64,000 nt of DNA, taken from the NCBI GenBank assembly GCA_051362555.1, contig CM120641.1:12586001-12650000 (forward strand), in the 5' to 3' direction. The translations under genes were made by a program, and so were the position numbers. Positions 63,595 to 64,000 of this stretch are shown piece after piece (the first letter of the stretch is position 1; every line of letters begins with the position of its first letter). Source of the DNA: Lingula anatina (taxonomy: Eukaryota; Animalia; Brachiopoda). The notes beneath the pieces are model-generated. The model did no database searches and was not told the origin of the DNA. It saw nothing but the letters and a program-made list of their open reading frames with translations.

Positions 63595-63961
63595 GTAAGT
63601 TAAATTGTTATTTGTTGGTAACTTAATTGTTATTTGTTGGCTCGCTAGTGTGGAGGTGAGGTAGAGATCACAGTACAGAATTCTTTGCAATGTATATGGA
63701 TTAATCTATGCACACAGCGATAGAGATCAGTTAGGAAACCCTTGATCATATCCATCAGTTAGTGTTTCACTTCCAGCAAGAATTCTAAAAAAATATTTTA
63801 TTCAAAACTTATGTCTTTTTGAAATGCATGTGTGTTTGTCATGTTTAGAATGATCATAAATCATTCATCCCTTGTTGTTACCACAGGTTTTTATTTTTTG
63901 CTTTCAAACCTAATTAATGTAACCTTGCATGAAATTGCATGTTGAACACCAAACCTTTCAG

Positions 63962-64000
63962 AAGAGCCAGTAGAACTGGTAGTCTCACTGAAAGAAACCA
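63962..64000 (+). CDS. Start of the next Ig exon (truncated by the window end)
   Basis: cctttcag| then EPVELVVSLKET. Confidence 0.7.

Larger units (their letters stand above)
1..64000 (+). other. Internal portion of a giant titin/connectin-like muscle protein gene (Sallimus/I-connectin-like to titin I-band-like region), open at both window ends
   Basis: About 46 phase-compatible GT-AG exons; about 63 Ig I-set domains, PEVK/E-rich repeats, SH3, IQ and DFRxxL motifs. The small exons between 18633 and 46132 sum to 6489 nt (multiple of 3, phase 1 to phase 1). Confidence 0.92.

Overview
Eukaryotic (metazoan, most likely invertebrate) genomic DNA. The whole window is an internal part of one + strand gene for a giant titin/connectin-family muscle protein; neither the start nor the main stop codon is in the window. 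About 46 GT-AG exons can be chained by hand in consistent phase into roughly 32.3 kb of CDS (about 10,750 aa, about 63 Ig I-set domains). In order: (1) a giant exon of >17.4 kb with about 25 copies of a 45-aa E/K/S/T/P/V repeat, 16 Ig domains, 11 near-identical Ig+PEVK super-repeats and a second 45-aa PEVK array; (2) small exons encoding a Sallimus/I-connectin-type SH3-Ig-Ig module, four MLCK/twitchin-type DFRxxL motifs, an IQ motif, more Ig domains and an Ig resembling vertebrate titin I80 (N2A); (3) an in-phase 3.5-kb alternative terminal exon encoding an acidic disordered tail with its own stop and poly(A) signals, analogous to titin novex-3; (4) a second giant exon of 7.2 kb with 27 tandem Ig domains, 25 of them cysteine-free. 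The introns hold candidate microexons, a possible hidden or alternative first exon, Rbfox/QKI-type motifs and several non-autonomous transposons (a foldback MITE, two TTAA Kolobok-like MITEs, a Helentron/HINE-like element). Exon boundaries are manual predictions and family assignments come from recalled motifs, not database searches.
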